From Chloroflexota bacterium (GTDB lineage: Bacteria; Chloroflexota; Anaerolineae; Aggregatilineales; Phototrophicaceae), in the NCBI GenBank assembly GCA_039933955.1, contig JBDTNB010000008.1:20396-84395 (forward strand): a DNA stretch of 64,000 nucleotides, given 5' to 3'. Below are positions 9,651-20,125 of this stretch, piece by piece. Both the position numbers and the translations under genes were made by a program. Each line of letters starts with the position of its first letter. The stretch's first letter is position 1. The notes beneath the pieces were generated by a model. The model saw only the letters and a program-made list of their open reading frames with translations. It did no database searches and was not told the DNA's origin.

Positions 9651-11114
9651 TTAAGGCAGCACCCACTGCGGTTCGCCGATGTCGGCAACACAACTACTAT
9701 CCGGTTTCTGGGTCGGATCGTCGAGGAAAGCCTGCATAATACCCTGGGTACACTCATTCAAATCAATCACGCCATGCCCACCACCGGGAAACAGAAAATA
9801 GAAGCTGTTCGACAGGTGGCTGGCCGCGCTTTCCGCCCACTTAGCCGGGGTAATCGGGTCTAACTCGCCCGCCGTAACCAGGGTGGGAATATCGCTCACC
9901 ACCGGCTGGTTTTCGATTGCGTCAGCCGTCTGGAGACCCCAGGTCTGGCAGTCGCTAAAAGTGCCCTGGATGGCGTTCACACTGTTGTCATGGAGCACGG
10001 CAGGCTCGGCAGGAACATTGGCAAGGGATTTGTCTTCGTCGTTAAACGCGACTTCTTCCTGACAGTCCACCGATAGATTCATGCCTTCGCTGTCAGAAAC
10101 ATCTTCATCCGCCGCCTGACGACCTTTTCCGAGCGTCGCGCCCGATTCAAGATCATCCAGCGCCGCGTAATTGCCGTTGGCAACTTCGGTCATCATCTGC
10201 GGTATATAAGGGATGCTCTCGCTGGAATACAGAACCTGAAAAATACGGTCAATGTATTCATCGCCGCTCATGTCTTTGTCCACGCTGTCGCCGCTGGTCG
10301 AGTCCGTGCCGCTGTAGTGAGCCGGTTCGGCATTGAGCTGCTCAACAGTGGTCTCAAATGTTTTTTCCAGGTCGGGATAGGCAGCGCTGCAATCGGCATC
10401 ATCGGCGCAAAGCTGGAACAGCTTATTGAATTCGTCGGCTGTATTCTGCCCATATTCTTCCCACGAGTTAATTTCTGGCGGGTAGACCGAGTCAATGATT
10501 ACGCTGCGGACGCCTTCGGGATGATCGCGCATGACAGTGAGTGCCAAGCGTGTGCCGTAGGAAATGCCAAACAAATTCCATTCGTCGTAACCCAACGCGA
10601 CCCGCAAATCGGCCACATCGGCAGCATTTTCGAAGCTGTTATAGGCTTGCAGATTCACACCTTCGCTGACGAGGCGATCATGACAGGTCTGAGTCGCATC
10701 ATCTTCGTTCGCCTCACTCTCTGGGCAGTTGAGGCTGGGCTGCGAATAGCCTGTGCCGCGCTGGTCGATCAGGATAAGATCACGATCTTGCAGATAAGGC
10801 GTATTCACCCACCCTTCCAGATCACCCACCGCGTTACCGCCGGGGCCGCCTGCCAGATAGATGACCGGATCAGGTTTTACTTCGTTGGTAGACGGATGTA
10901 AAACCGCGTAGGCCACTTGAATCGTCGGGCTGTCGGCAACAGTGCGGTCTTCAGGCACAGTTAGATAGCCGCACTCGACGTTTTGTCCCTCGACTACGCC
11001 TTCCGGCAGTGCCATCCAGCAGGCTGTTGATTCAACCTGCGGAGTCGAATCCTGAGCCAGCACGGGGGCGGCGATCAGCCCCATCAAGAAAAAAGTGAAG
11101 AATATGAGACGCAT
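9651..11114 (-). CDS. Secreted alpha/beta hydrolase (TAP-like peptidase)
   Basis: Signal peptide; GGPGG, DQRGTG, GISYGT, GELDPITP, GGGHG. Confidence 0.9.
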   Translation of the reverse strand: MRLIFFTFFLMGLIAAPVLAQDSTPQVESTACWMALPEGVVEGQNVECGYLTVPEDRTVADSPTIQVAYAVLHPSTNEVKPDPVIYLAGGPGGNAVGDLEGWVNTPYLQDRDLILIDQRGTGYSQPSLNCPESEANEDDATQTCHDRLVSEGVNLQAYNSFENAADVADLRVALGYDEWNLFGISYGTRLALTVMRDHPEGVRSVIIDSVYPPEINSWEEYGQNTADEFNKLFQLCADDADCSAAYPDLEKTFETTVEQLNAEPAHYSGTDSTSGDSVDKDMSGDEYIDRIFQVLYSSESIPYIPQMMTEVANGNYAALDDLESGATLGKGRQAADEDVSDSEGMNLSVDCQEEVAFNDEDKSLANVPAEPAVLHDNSVNAIQGTFSDCQTWGLQTADAIENQPVVSDIPTLVTAGELDPITPAKWAESAASHLSNSFYFLFPGGGHGVIDLNECTQGIMQAFLDDPTQKPDSSCVADIGEPQWVLP

Positions 11115-11403
11115 TCAAAATTCCTTTAATCAAGGTCAGCAATGGATAAGGCGGGATGCCTGACCCTATTTCTAGGATACCCTACCCCGCTCGGAAATAA
11201 GCGTAATATTTCGCACCCTTGTCATTGCTCACATAAACCTTTTACATTTCCGAGGTATCCTTTTCGCCCCGGCTTCCTCCAACTCGTGGCATAATGAAAG
11301 CGGTTAGCCATGCTCATCTAGCAAATATTTGCTTTTGTTTTAGCAAATTGCTAAAAGCTAACGGCTAATCGCTAACCGCTTGTACCCCACGCCGGAAGAA
11401 CGC

Positions 11404-14355
11404 ATGACCAACAACCAACGCGGCCTCTCGCTCGAACAAGTCGAACGCTTCCTCGTCCGCCTGGGACTGATCGGCGGCGCGGTACTGTGTTTTTACGTCG
11501 CCACCATGTTGTGGGAAAGCGCGGATGTCGTCCGCCAAACCTTCTCCCTCGTCCTGGTGATCGTGGCCTACCTCGTCGCTTTCGGCCTGATTATCGCCGC
11601 CAGTTTGCGCGCCCTCCCCTACCGCGCCATCTGGATCATCCCGGTGGTGCTGACACTCGCCCTGGTGGGTTTCGCCCGCAACCGCGATGTGAACCAGATT
11701 CAAAATACGTCTATCACCACCAGCGATGTCTACATGATTAGCGATTACAGTGCCCATCTCGTGCGCCTCGGCCAAAATCCGTATATGACCGATTTGGGCG
11801 ATGCCTACCGCGTCTATCGCGCCAGCAGCACGCTGCAAACGCCCACCACCGACGGCAATTTCATCGGCAAAATGGTCTACCCTGCTCTGGCCTTTTTGCT
11901 GTTCGTCCCCTTTCAACTGCTGGGCATCCCCACCAATCTGGTTTTCGCCCTTTTCTACTGGCTGACGATGATCGTGATTTTTATCGGCGCGCCGCGCATC
12001 GTCCGCCCGGTGATTTTGCTGCCCTTATTCATCGAGCCGCGTTACATTTTTTACGCCATCGGCGGCGTCAGTGATACCGTATGGGCGTTCCTGATCTGCC
12101 TCATGATCCTATCGTGGCGCAATAAAAAATTGAGCGCAGTCTGGTTCGGGCTGGCCTGCGCCTTCAAACAGCAGCCCTGGCTGCTCGTACCCTTTCTGGC
12201 GATCCGGCTTTTGCGTGAATCGCCGGAAGACGAGCGCACTTTCCGCCTGCTCGATGTGCTGGAATTTTTTCTGATCGCGGGCGGTGTTTTTGCACTCATC
12301 AACCTGCCCTACATCCTCTGGGACTTCCCATCGTGGTTGGCTGGATCAGTCTCGCCTTTCTTTGACCGCATGATTACGCTCGGTCAGGGACTTTCCAGCC
12401 TGACTACCGAAGGTGTGGTCTTCATCCCGCGCACGATGTATACCATTTATATGGGCTTGGCCTATGCCGTCAGCATTTTCATTTACTGGCGGCATTATCA
12501 CAGCCTGAAAAGTCTGATCTGGTTGTTCCCCGGTCTCGCACTGTGGCTCGGACAGCGCAGCCTGTCGTCCTACTGGTACTTTAATTTGATGCCGTTCATT
12601 TTGGGACTCGCCCACGATACCCTACCCTGGGCGACGGTTTCACCGCTGCGCTTTCGCAGTTGGCGGCCAACCGCTGCTGTGGTCGGCGGTGCGGCGGCCT
12701 TCATTTTAGTCACCGTTATCGCCTATAAAGCCGCTGGAACGCCGCTGACACTGGCCGTTCAGCGCCCTATCCAGACCGACGGCACAACCATCAACCATCT
12801 GACCGTGCAGATCACCAACAGCAGCAGCCAGCCGATCAACCCGCGTTTTTCGGTGCAAAGCTGGCCGAATCAACCGCTGTTCTGGGACATCCAGGACGGC
12901 CCGGATTCGCTGCCCGCAGGCGGACACGCTTTTTATCGCATCAGCACCACAATGCCCGGCGAGATGCTGGACATGGCGCGCGGCGGACAAATTATCGTCA
13001 CCGACGCCGCCAATGACGGTCTGCGGGCATCCGAAATCCTCTCCGGCGATACCGGCTTTATCAGCATGGACGGGATTCCCAACGGCACATTTGAATATCA
13101 GGATCGATTTACTGGCGCGCCCGCCCTGTGGGGACTCGTCACCGTCCCGGCAGAGTCCGGCGCGAAAGCCGCGCTGGTCGATTCGGATCGCTTCGGCCAC
13201 GCGCTGCGCCTGACGTTGCAGCCTTCGACCACTGATACCCGCGCGGTTGCCATGCTCGATACCTGGCTGACTATGCCCGAAGCGCCGCTTTCGGTCTGGG
13301 TCAATCCGCCGCCAGATGCCAACCGCGCGCCTGATTTTGATCTGGTTTACGGCCTGGAGCTGCTTTCGACCTTTGATAATCAACGCGCCTGGGTGCTGTT
13401 TGGCGATACTCAATCGTCCGGCGAAATCGAACCCGGCCTGCCTTACCTGATGCTCCCTGCCCCGCGCGACCAATGGAGCCAGCAGGCCATCGACCCGCGC
13501 GCGATTTTTGGGATGCTCGGAATCACCATCGCCCCACCCCAACCGATCCAGACACGCTTTGATTCGCTCGATTTCCCCAAGCAAATGGTCAATTTTCGGC
13601 TGCTGCTGGCCGCCCGCCGGGGATCGTCCGCGCTCATCGATGCTGACTTTGGCCCGATAGCTGCTGCCCAGAATCGCGCTGATCCCGGAACGTTGATTGA
13701 GCAGGACGTCGTCAATCCGCTGCCCATCGACATCATGCGCGGCGAGTTCAACCGCGCGGTTCACAATGACGCGCCCGCTGCGGCTTACTATCGCTCGGCG
13801 CTGAATCTGAATCCCAATTCCGCCGAAGCCTATTATGGCCTGGGCGAGATTGCCCTGCGTGCCGAGCATTGGCCGGAGGCGATCAGCAATTTTGAAGCTG
13901 CGCTGCGCCTGAATTTCGTCCGTGACGCCCTGTCCCACAGCGGACTCGCCTGGGCATACGATCAGCAAGGCGATCTCGACGCCGCCCAAACCCACGCCGA
14001 TGCTGCCCTGCGCGCGATGAAAGAGCGTGTCTTCTTCTATAATGCCGACACGATTGCGGGCATGTATCGGGTTTCCGGTTGGGTTGCGCTCGATCAGGGG
14101 CGCTACGACGACGCCCAGAGCGCATTTTCGGAGGTTTTGCGGAACGATGACCGCGACTCGAATGCTTATTTTGGACTGGCGCTCGTCCGCCTTGCCTTAA
14201 AAGACAGCGCCGGGGCGACCAATGCGCTGCACACCGCGTTTGAGCTAGGCTGGAATGGCCCGCTGCCCAAAGCCGCCTGCGCCCAATCACCTGCCCTGGC
14301 TCCCCTTCTCGGTCTGGATGTCGCAACACTTTCGGAGTCGTGCGCGGGGAGATGA
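11404..14355 (+). CDS. GT87-like membrane glycosyltransferase with C-terminal TPR repeats
   Basis: Multiple TM helices, YPAL..L, GLACAFKQQPW; TPR motifs (AEAYYGLG, NAYFGLA). Confidence 0.75.
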   Translation: MTNNQRGLSLEQVERFLVRLGLIGGAVLCFYVATMLWESADVVRQTFSLVLVIVAYLVAFGLIIAASLRALPYRAIWIIPVVLTLALVGFARNRDVNQIQNTSITTSDVYMISDYSAHLVRLGQNPYMTDLGDAYRVYRASSTLQTPTTDGNFIGKMVYPALAFLLFVPFQLLGIPTNLVFALFYWLTMIVIFIGAPRIVRPVILLPLFIEPRYIFYAIGGVSDTVWAFLICLMILSWRNKKLSAVWFGLACAFKQQPWLLVPFLAIRLLRESPEDERTFRLLDVLEFFLIAGGVFALINLPYILWDFPSWLAGSVSPFFDRMITLGQGLSSLTTEGVVFIPRTMYTIYMGLAYAVSIFIYWRHYHSLKSLIWLFPGLALWLGQRSLSSYWYFNLMPFILGLAHDTLPWATVSPLRFRSWRPTAAVVGGAAAFILVTVIAYKAAGTPLTLAVQRPIQTDGTTINHLTVQITNSSSQPINPRFSVQSWPNQPLFWDIQDGPDSLPAGGHAFYRISTTMPGEMLDMARGGQIIVTDAANDGLRASEILSGDTGFISMDGIPNGTFEYQDRFTGAPALWGLVTVPAESGAKAALVDSDRFGHALRLTLQPSTTDTRAVAMLDTWLTMPEAPLSVWVNPPPDANRAPDFDLVYGLELLSTFDNQRAWVLFGDTQSSGEIEPGLPYLMLPAPRDQWSQQAIDPRAIFGMLGITIAPPQPIQTRFDSLDFPKQMVNFRLLLAARRGSSALIDADFGPIAAAQNRADPGTLIEQDVVNPLPIDIMRGEFNRAVHNDAPAAAYYRSALNLNPNSAEAYYGLGEIALRAEHWPEAISNFEAALRLNFVRDALSHSGLAWAYDQQGDLDAAQTHADAALRAMKERVFFYNADTIAGMYRVSGWVALDQGRYDDAQSAFSEVLRNDDRDSNAYFGLALVRLALKDSAGATNALHTAFELGWNGPLPKAACAQSPALAPLLGLDVATLSESCAGR

Positions 14356-14572
14356 TTTTTCAAACCTGAAGAACACGTTTATAAGGATGATTTATGGCAG
14401 ATTTGCGGTACATTCTCGCTTAAATCAGCCTGAAAAACAGGCAAGAACAGGTAAAATTTTATTTTGGTTAGTGAACGGTTTGTTTCGATCTTGCAGTGGC
14501 TTGCGGAAAGCGGGTCACAGGCTCCCCTTCTCGGCCTGGATGTCGCGACGCTTTCCGAGTCTTGCACGGGGA
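14298..14572 (+). repeat. ~53 bp imperfect direct repeat of the gene 3' end (14298-14351 and 14520-14572)
   Basis: gctccccttctcgg(t/c)ctggatgtcgc...gagtc..gc.cgggga occurs twice. Confidence 0.8.
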
Positions 14573-14619
14573 AGTAATATTGGAAACCAGGGAAACACTA
14601 GTCATTGCCGAGATTAAAA

Positions 14620-15126
14620 TCAGGTTCGTTTAGGCCGCGGCACACCAATTTTCATAATGTTTCCGGTGGAGTTCTCAAAATATATGTAGGTTGGGTTGAT
14701 TTCAGTAGAGAATAGAATTGTACAGGAAAATTCATTTCCTCTCTCTTGAAGCGGAGGACAAAAACCTTTTGCGAACTCTCCAGTTGATTCGATTTTCTCA
14801 TACGATGGAGCAGCCAACACAACTTCAAAATGGGACATGATGTCATCATATTGGGTTTTGCCAACAGGAAAATTACGATTGAGCATATTTTCAAATGTAG
14901 AGGCGTTTTGAGATTGTGGGTTCAAACAAAACTCATCTTGTGGATTGATCGCAAAAACACTACAAATTTTTTGAACTGATGCACCGCTATATGTCGTGAG
15001 AACGGGTGCGGGTGTGAGAAGAATGGGTAAATAAAGCAAAATCGGGATCATGCAGAGCAGCCCCACAAGCAGAAATGCTATCCACTTAATATATTTTCTT
15101 GATGGAATAGCTAATGGATATGTCAT
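14620..15126 (-). CDS. AT-rich membrane-anchored hypothetical protein
   Basis: N-terminal TM helix, four Cys in the soluble part, low GC. Confidence 0.65.
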   Translation of the reverse strand: MTYPLAIPSRKYIKWIAFLLVGLLCMIPILLYLPILLTPAPVLTTYSGASVQKICSVFAINPQDEFCLNPQSQNASTFENMLNRNFPVGKTQYDDIMSHFEVVLAAPSYEKIESTGEFAKGFCPPLQERGNEFSCTILFSTEINPTYIYFENSTGNIMKIGVPRPKRT

Positions 15127-15153
15127 TTAGGATAGCCCTACCCTTTCAGTTTT

Positions 15154-15881
15154 TCAGCTTTTTACAGGAGCATCCTCTAAAAGTGAATTGAGGATATTCT
15201 TTAAAATTTCAGGGTCAATCGGTTTTGGCCCTCGATCCACCATCGAGTCTCTAAGTCCTATAAGCATTCCGCGCCAGTAACTTGCTGCTTGAATGAACTC
15301 GCCTTTTTCGTGCTGCGCCTCTGATAACTGATCGAGAAATTGCTTGTGTTGTGAGCACAATTCTTCACTTAATAGCTTATGCTCAGCTTCCCAACGCCCA
15401 AGTTCGCGTAACGATTTCTCATGTCGTTCGCGCTCGGTTTCCAAAGCCTCTCGTGCATCATCGAGTTGACGTTTCAGCTTTTCGTTCTCAGTCTTTAACA
15501 AATTCTCTTTTGAAGCAGGATTGCGTTCTTCGGAAAGCAATTGAAAATACCTTTTACGCAGCACCGCAATCTCGGCTTCTTGTGAATCCTCATCTGAAAG
15601 TGGCGTAAATCCATCTAAATTGGCGGCAAACTCACAGACCATCCGGTATATTTGTGGTCAAAAATGAACCAATCAACGGTACTAGTGTGCTTTATGCCGC
15701 CCTGTTCAACAATAAATTGACGGAGTTGACTTTCAATCCGATACGCGCTAACTTCATCCAGACAGGCAACAGTCAGAGTGATCGTCAAATCAATTTGCTT
15801 CTCACGGCGCTTTGGATTATTTGACTTTCCGACCTTCATCAGTTTTTCGCCGTCAGAGGCAATATAAGCGTTACTTGTCAT
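15154..15881 (-). pseudogene. T5orf172/GIY-YIG-like nuclease with coiled coil, split by a frameshift near 15657
   Basis: AYIA...KVGKSNNPKRR...IE...DWF; inserting one C restores FDPQIYRMVCEF. Confidence 0.6.
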
Positions 15882-15893
15882 TTTTCCTCACTC

Positions 15894-16433
15894 CTAATCC
15901 AGGTCATAACGTTCCTTCAACATCCGAATGGTCGCTTTCAAATCCCCAATTTGCTCGTGCAAAGTTGCAATCTGATCGGTAAACTTCTTGGTATATTCGT
16001 CAGAAGTTTCCTTCAAGAGCCGCTGCATTTCCGCAGTTTTTTCTTTGTTGAGGCGCTCGACAGTTTCCTCAAGTTCACGGGTTCGCTTCCAGAGTTGTTC
16101 TTTTTCACGCCGTTCGTCTTCGAGTTGTGCCTCTAAAGTACGGAGCTGCCCATACACTGCCAGCGAACTTTCACGATTTAAAGTTCGCTCCGGTGGCAGG
16201 GTTGTATCACGATGTCCACTCGCCAACTTAGCACGAATCGTTTCAACTTCAGTACGCACAGCGCGTTCAGCTTTGATAGTATTGAGGACGATCAGGTCTT
16301 CTGGCAGGTACGAACGCTGCGTCAAACCATCGCCTTGAGCGCTTTCGGAAAAGAATTCCGGGAATTCATCCACCCAACCGGTCACAGTTTTAGGATCAAT
16401 TCCGAATAATTTGGCAACACTCCCGGTTTTCAT
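15894..16433 (-). CDS. MerR-family HTH protein with coiled coil
   Basis: MKTGSVAKLFGIDPKTVTGW...RSY..EDL. Confidence 0.8.
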   Translation of the reverse strand: MKTGSVAKLFGIDPKTVTGWVDEFPEFFSESAQGDGLTQRSYLPEDLIVLNTIKAERAVRTEVETIRAKLASGHRDTTLPPERTLNRESSLAVYGQLRTLEAQLEDERREKEQLWKRTRELEETVERLNKEKTAEMQRLLKETSDEYTKKFTDQIATLHEQIGDLKATIRMLKERYDLD

Positions 16434-16648
16434 TCCACCATTCCCTTTTTTCTAAGGAGGACAACCTTGCACTAAAAAGCGTAATCAGTTATTCTTCCAG
16501 TATACCAGAAGTCAACCGTTTTTCCAGAGTATGCACATTAATGCGTCGCCCATTAAATGCGGCACAAAACAACGGAATTCGGGAATCATATCGTAACTCC
16601 GCTTTTCCTCCCTGAAACGGTAAGGAAGGGAAGCAGAAGGAGGGATCA

Positions 16649-17110
16649 ATGCCGCGTAAATACCGTCCGCGAAAAGAATTTAAATTCTGGCTCTACCATG
16701 ATCGGGACGAAGACTCGCGCCTCATGGAATTCATCCAGTATTGCAAGTCCACGCGCCAGTTCGCCCGCGTGGTGCGCGATGGCATCCGCCTGATCTGGTC
16801 ACTGCGCGAGGGGAACACCCACATCCTCTTTGAACTTTTCCCGCACCTGGAACGCCAATTCAACCCGGACGCCGAAGACCTGATCGCGCAATTTCGGGAG
16901 ATGCTGCTCCAGCAGCGCAACGCGCCCGTCTCGCAGCCCGTACAAATAGACAGTGGCATCGAGCAAGGTGGGCGAAAAATGTTAAGCGGGGCCAAAATAG
17001 ATTTACCATTATTGGATGATGACGACAACGGCGATACGATAGTGCTCACGAAAAAAACGAGCGTGATGAATGGAAGCAATTTAATCGCTGGGGTACTAGG
17101 GTTAGATTAG
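16649..17110 (+). CDS. Putative ParR-like DNA-binding adaptor
   Basis: Strand-helix-helix N-terminus (FKFWL..D...LMEFI....FARVVRDGIRL), acidic tail, directly upstream of parM. Confidence 0.5.
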   Translation: MPRKYRPRKEFKFWLYHDRDEDSRLMEFIQYCKSTRQFARVVRDGIRLIWSLREGNTHILFELFPHLERQFNPDAEDLIAQFREMLLQQRNAPVSQPVQIDSGIEQGGRKMLSGAKIDLPLLDDDDNGDTIVLTKKTSVMNGSNLIAGVLGLD

Positions 17111-17128
17111 TGTGAAAGGCAACAAAGC

Positions 17129-18223
17129 ATGGCGGACTATGTAGTTTCAGTCGATGCGGGTAACGGTGGCGTCAATGCTGTCCTCGCGAAACCCAACGGC
17201 GGCTACAAAAGTTTCTATGAGCCTTCGGTTCGGGCAGCGGCTACTGGTGGCAGCCTTGATCTGGGCGATACCAAAAAACTGGAATATACCTATGTGGATT
17301 GGAACGGCCATCGGTATATCACCGGCGACGATGTGACTCGCGTGACCCGGCGCGCATTAGAACGGCACATAGGCTCAAATCGTTACGGCAATGAATTTCA
17401 TCAATTTCTGGTGGCGGTTGCGTTAGCAAAACTGGGAGTCAAAGAGGGGAATGTAGACCTCACCGTTTTTGCGCCGCCTGGATTATTTAGCGACCTCAAG
17501 CCTCATATCAAAAAACGTTTCGCCGAAGCGGGAGGGGAAGTCACTATTCAACTGAGTGGAGAAAAAAAACCGCGCCATTGGCACTATGAAAATGTGACCG
17601 TGATCCCGGAAGGCATCGGCGCGGCAGCCTGTTTTGGTGTCGATGAGAACGGTGACGCGGTTCATGCACCAGCACTCGACGGCGAGGTTGTGCTGTTGGA
17701 TTTGGGCGCACACACACTCGATGCGGTTCAATTTGTGAATGGCAACTTCAACCAGGAATCACTCGATCATGCTACCTGGGAAGCGGGCGGTGTGCATATC
17801 CACATCCGCGAACCCATCCTGCGTGCTATCAAAAAGCAGGGCGACGATTTTGCCAATCTGACTGTCGATGATGTGGATCGCGTGATCCGTGCCGGATCGG
17901 TCAGCGGCGACTACACCCTCCAGGTTGCAGGCTACGAAGTCGATCTCAAACCCACGCTCGATAAATATGCCGAGCGCTACTCCGAGTGGATCGCCAACAA
18001 CATCGGTGACGGGGTGTTCGATGGTTTTCGCGGCGTGAAATCGGTGATCCTGGTTGGGGGCGGGGCATCGCTAGTCGAGGATCATCTCAAAAAATGGTAT
18101 GGTGAGAAGCTGCTGGATCGCAAAAAATATGACACCACCAAAAAGCTGCATCCGGTGGATATGAACGCTGTCGGCGGTCTGCGCCTCGCCCTGGCACGCA
18201 TCAAACAAGCTCGTCCAGCCTGA
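17129..18223 (+). CDS. parM: ParM/StbA actin-like ATPase
   Basis: DAGNGGVN, VIPEGIGA, DLGAHTLD, LVGGGA actin-fold motifs. Confidence 0.85.
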   Translation: MADYVVSVDAGNGGVNAVLAKPNGGYKSFYEPSVRAAATGGSLDLGDTKKLEYTYVDWNGHRYITGDDVTRVTRRALERHIGSNRYGNEFHQFLVAVALAKLGVKEGNVDLTVFAPPGLFSDLKPHIKKRFAEAGGEVTIQLSGEKKPRHWHYENVTVIPEGIGAAACFGVDENGDAVHAPALDGEVVLLDLGAHTLDAVQFVNGNFNQESLDHATWEAGGVHIHIREPILRAIKKQGDDFANLTVDDVDRVIRAGSVSGDYTLQVAGYEVDLKPTLDKYAERYSEWIANNIGDGVFDGFRGVKSVILVGGGASLVEDHLKKWYGEKLLDRKKYDTTKKLHPVDMNAVGGLRLALARIKQARPA

Positions 18224-18320
18224 GAATCTACATTTTCAACGATTATTTCTGTAGGGGTTTGTCCGTTTAGCGACAAACCCCTATATTGGTTTAACAACAT
18301 CAATTGAGAGGTTTAAATCT

Positions 18321-19148
18321 ATGTCCCAGATGCCAGCGCCAGATGAGCAAAAACGCCGTGTGACCGCGACTTTTGACAACCTCGCGCCAACCTATGACCG
18401 CTTGCATTTTTTGCAGACCATCGCGAGAAGGTTGGTCGAAACCACCGGTCTCCATCCTAGTGGGCGGGTGCTGGACATCGCAACCGGGACAGGTGTAGTC
18501 GCACTGTACGCGGCGCAGATGGTCGGGGGGGGCGGGCGCGTCGTGGGCGTAGACCTTTCGCCGGAGATGTTGGCGCGGGCGGGCGAAAAAGCCGCAGCAG
18601 CCGGGTTGAATCAGGTCACGTTCCAGCAGGGCGACGCGGAACATCTGGATTTTCCCGATGCGTCATTCGATGCGGTACTGTGTTCGTCATCGTTGTTTTT
18701 CATGCCGGATATGGCGGCGGCGCTGCGCGAATGGCGGCGGGTTCTCGTCCCTGACGGGAAAGTCGGATTTTCGAACTTCGGCACGAGCTTTTTTCAACCG
18801 CTGCGGCAGATGTTCGCCGCGCGTATGAATCAGCATGGATTTCCCACGCCACCGCTGCCTAACAGCCGTCTGGAAGACCCTGCCGTATGCCAACAGTTAT
18901 TGACTGACGCGGGTTTCACCGATGTACAAATCCGTGAGGAGCAGCTTGGCTATTTTGCGACGGGCATCGATGAACGTTGGTCAGATATTGAGTCCGGCCT
19001 GGAAGGGCTGATGTTACAAAAATTAGCGCCGGAGCAGCGCGAACAAATCAAAGCCGAGCATCTGGCAGAACTTCAATCATTGGTCACGCCCGATGGCATC
19101 TGGACGGATGTCGCGGCTCTGTTTTCATTGGGCCGCGCATCGGGTTAA
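18321..19148 (+). CDS. UbiE-like class I SAM methyltransferase
   Basis: VLDIATGTG, GVDLSPEML, GDAEHL, FDAV. Confidence 0.88.
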   Translation: MSQMPAPDEQKRRVTATFDNLAPTYDRLHFLQTIARRLVETTGLHPSGRVLDIATGTGVVALYAAQMVGGGGRVVGVDLSPEMLARAGEKAAAAGLNQVTFQQGDAEHLDFPDASFDAVLCSSSLFFMPDMAAALREWRRVLVPDGKVGFSNFGTSFFQPLRQMFAARMNQHGFPTPPLPNSRLEDPAVCQQLLTDAGFTDVQIREEQLGYFATGIDERWSDIESGLEGLMLQKLAPEQREQIKAEHLAELQSLVTPDGIWTDVAALFSLGRASG

Positions 19149-19549
19149 GTCCAGCGCAGCCCAAACCTGATGAAGTGGGGAGGGCTGCCCGTGCATCGCG
19201 CGATTGGGATATTTCCCGCGTGGCAATCCACACACAACCGGGACATTTTTGTCAGGCGGGGTGGGGGAGATACCGGCGCTTACCCAAATTTAAACCTTCA
19301 ATGAAACGCATGTAGGTGCTCATGAGGGCTTGTCACCGACAAGCCCCTACAAATTCAATTTCCCCTCAACTTCTAAAAGTATCGTTCGGTCAACCACTTC
19401 GTAGAGAGGGGCTTAAAAACATCGCCTTTTCCCTTATCCATTTTCAAAATGAAATGTTATAAGATACGAAAAACCGAAGTCGTCCGATGAAGAAACTGCC
19501 GCCGAAGCTGCGGGCGGGAAGCACGGGAAGCGCCACCGTGTTGAGAATT

Positions 19550-19876
19550 TTAGCGGCAGAAAAACGGCGGGAAGCACGAGAAGCGCCACCGGGTTGGCAG
19601 GAGTTCGGCGAGAATACGGGAGCGATCCGCCGCTGCGTCGCGACTCGCATTTTTCGCAATTGGACGGCGAGAATAGGAGAGGTTTGCGCCGATTTTGACA
19701 AGGCTGTGCTGCCGCTTTGTGCGAAGCCATCGCTGTATCCACAATTCCCTGCGCCAGGTATAAAGGGTGGGGGCGGGGATGCCGGTCTGGGCGGCGGTGG
19801 ACAGGATGTCGCCGCCATTGTTATCGAGGCAGCGGATGGCGTCGGCTTTTTGATCGGGCGAGTGATGACGGGGCAT
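19550..19876 (-). CDS. Transposase-type HTH (HTH_Tnp_1-like) small protein, possibly truncated
   Basis: MPRHHSPDQKADAI...TAAQTGIPAPTLYTWRR; AAGGAG RBS. Confidence 0.65.
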   Translation of the reverse strand: MPRHHSPDQKADAIRCLDNNGGDILSTAAQTGIPAPTLYTWRRELWIQRWLRTKRQHSLVKIGANLSYSRRPIAKNASRDAAADRSRILAELLPTRWRFSCFPPFFCR

Positions 19877-19911
19877 GACGAAAACTCCTTGACTGGTTGG
19901 CGGGGAGTTTT

Positions 19912-19940
19912 AGTATAGAACAAAAGTTCGTATCCGTCAA
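19912..19940 (-). promoter_or_regulatory. sigma70 promoter with a LexA box in the spacer
   Basis: TTGACG-17-TATACT; GAACTTTTGTTC at 19929-19918. Confidence 0.8.
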
Positions 19941-20125
19941 TTAGAATCCGGTTTGAAAGTGAGGGGAATTCGGGTTGAAAAGTGAATGTGAATTGATAAT
20001 CCCCGCATCATAACCACCACCCAACCAGGACATTTTTGTCAGGCGGGGTGGGGGAGATACCGGCGCTTACCCAAAAGCAAATCGTTTAGGTTACGGGGTT
20101 TGACTGCATAGTGATGCCTTGTTCA

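Larger units (their letters stand above)
19241..20075 (+). repeat. 48-bp perfect direct repeats (19241-19288, 20028-20075)
   Basis: ggacatttttgtcaggcggggtgggggagataccggcgcttacccaaa occurs twice. Confidence 0.9.

Noticed and set aside
12706-13995. Long antisense ORFs (also 50626-51681, 42432-43118, 57990-58634)
   Set aside because: Shadows of well-supported GC-rich genes on the opposite strand.
19550-19876. Intact IS3-type transposon
   Set aside because: Only an HTH; no DDE integrase ORF or terminal inverted repeats.
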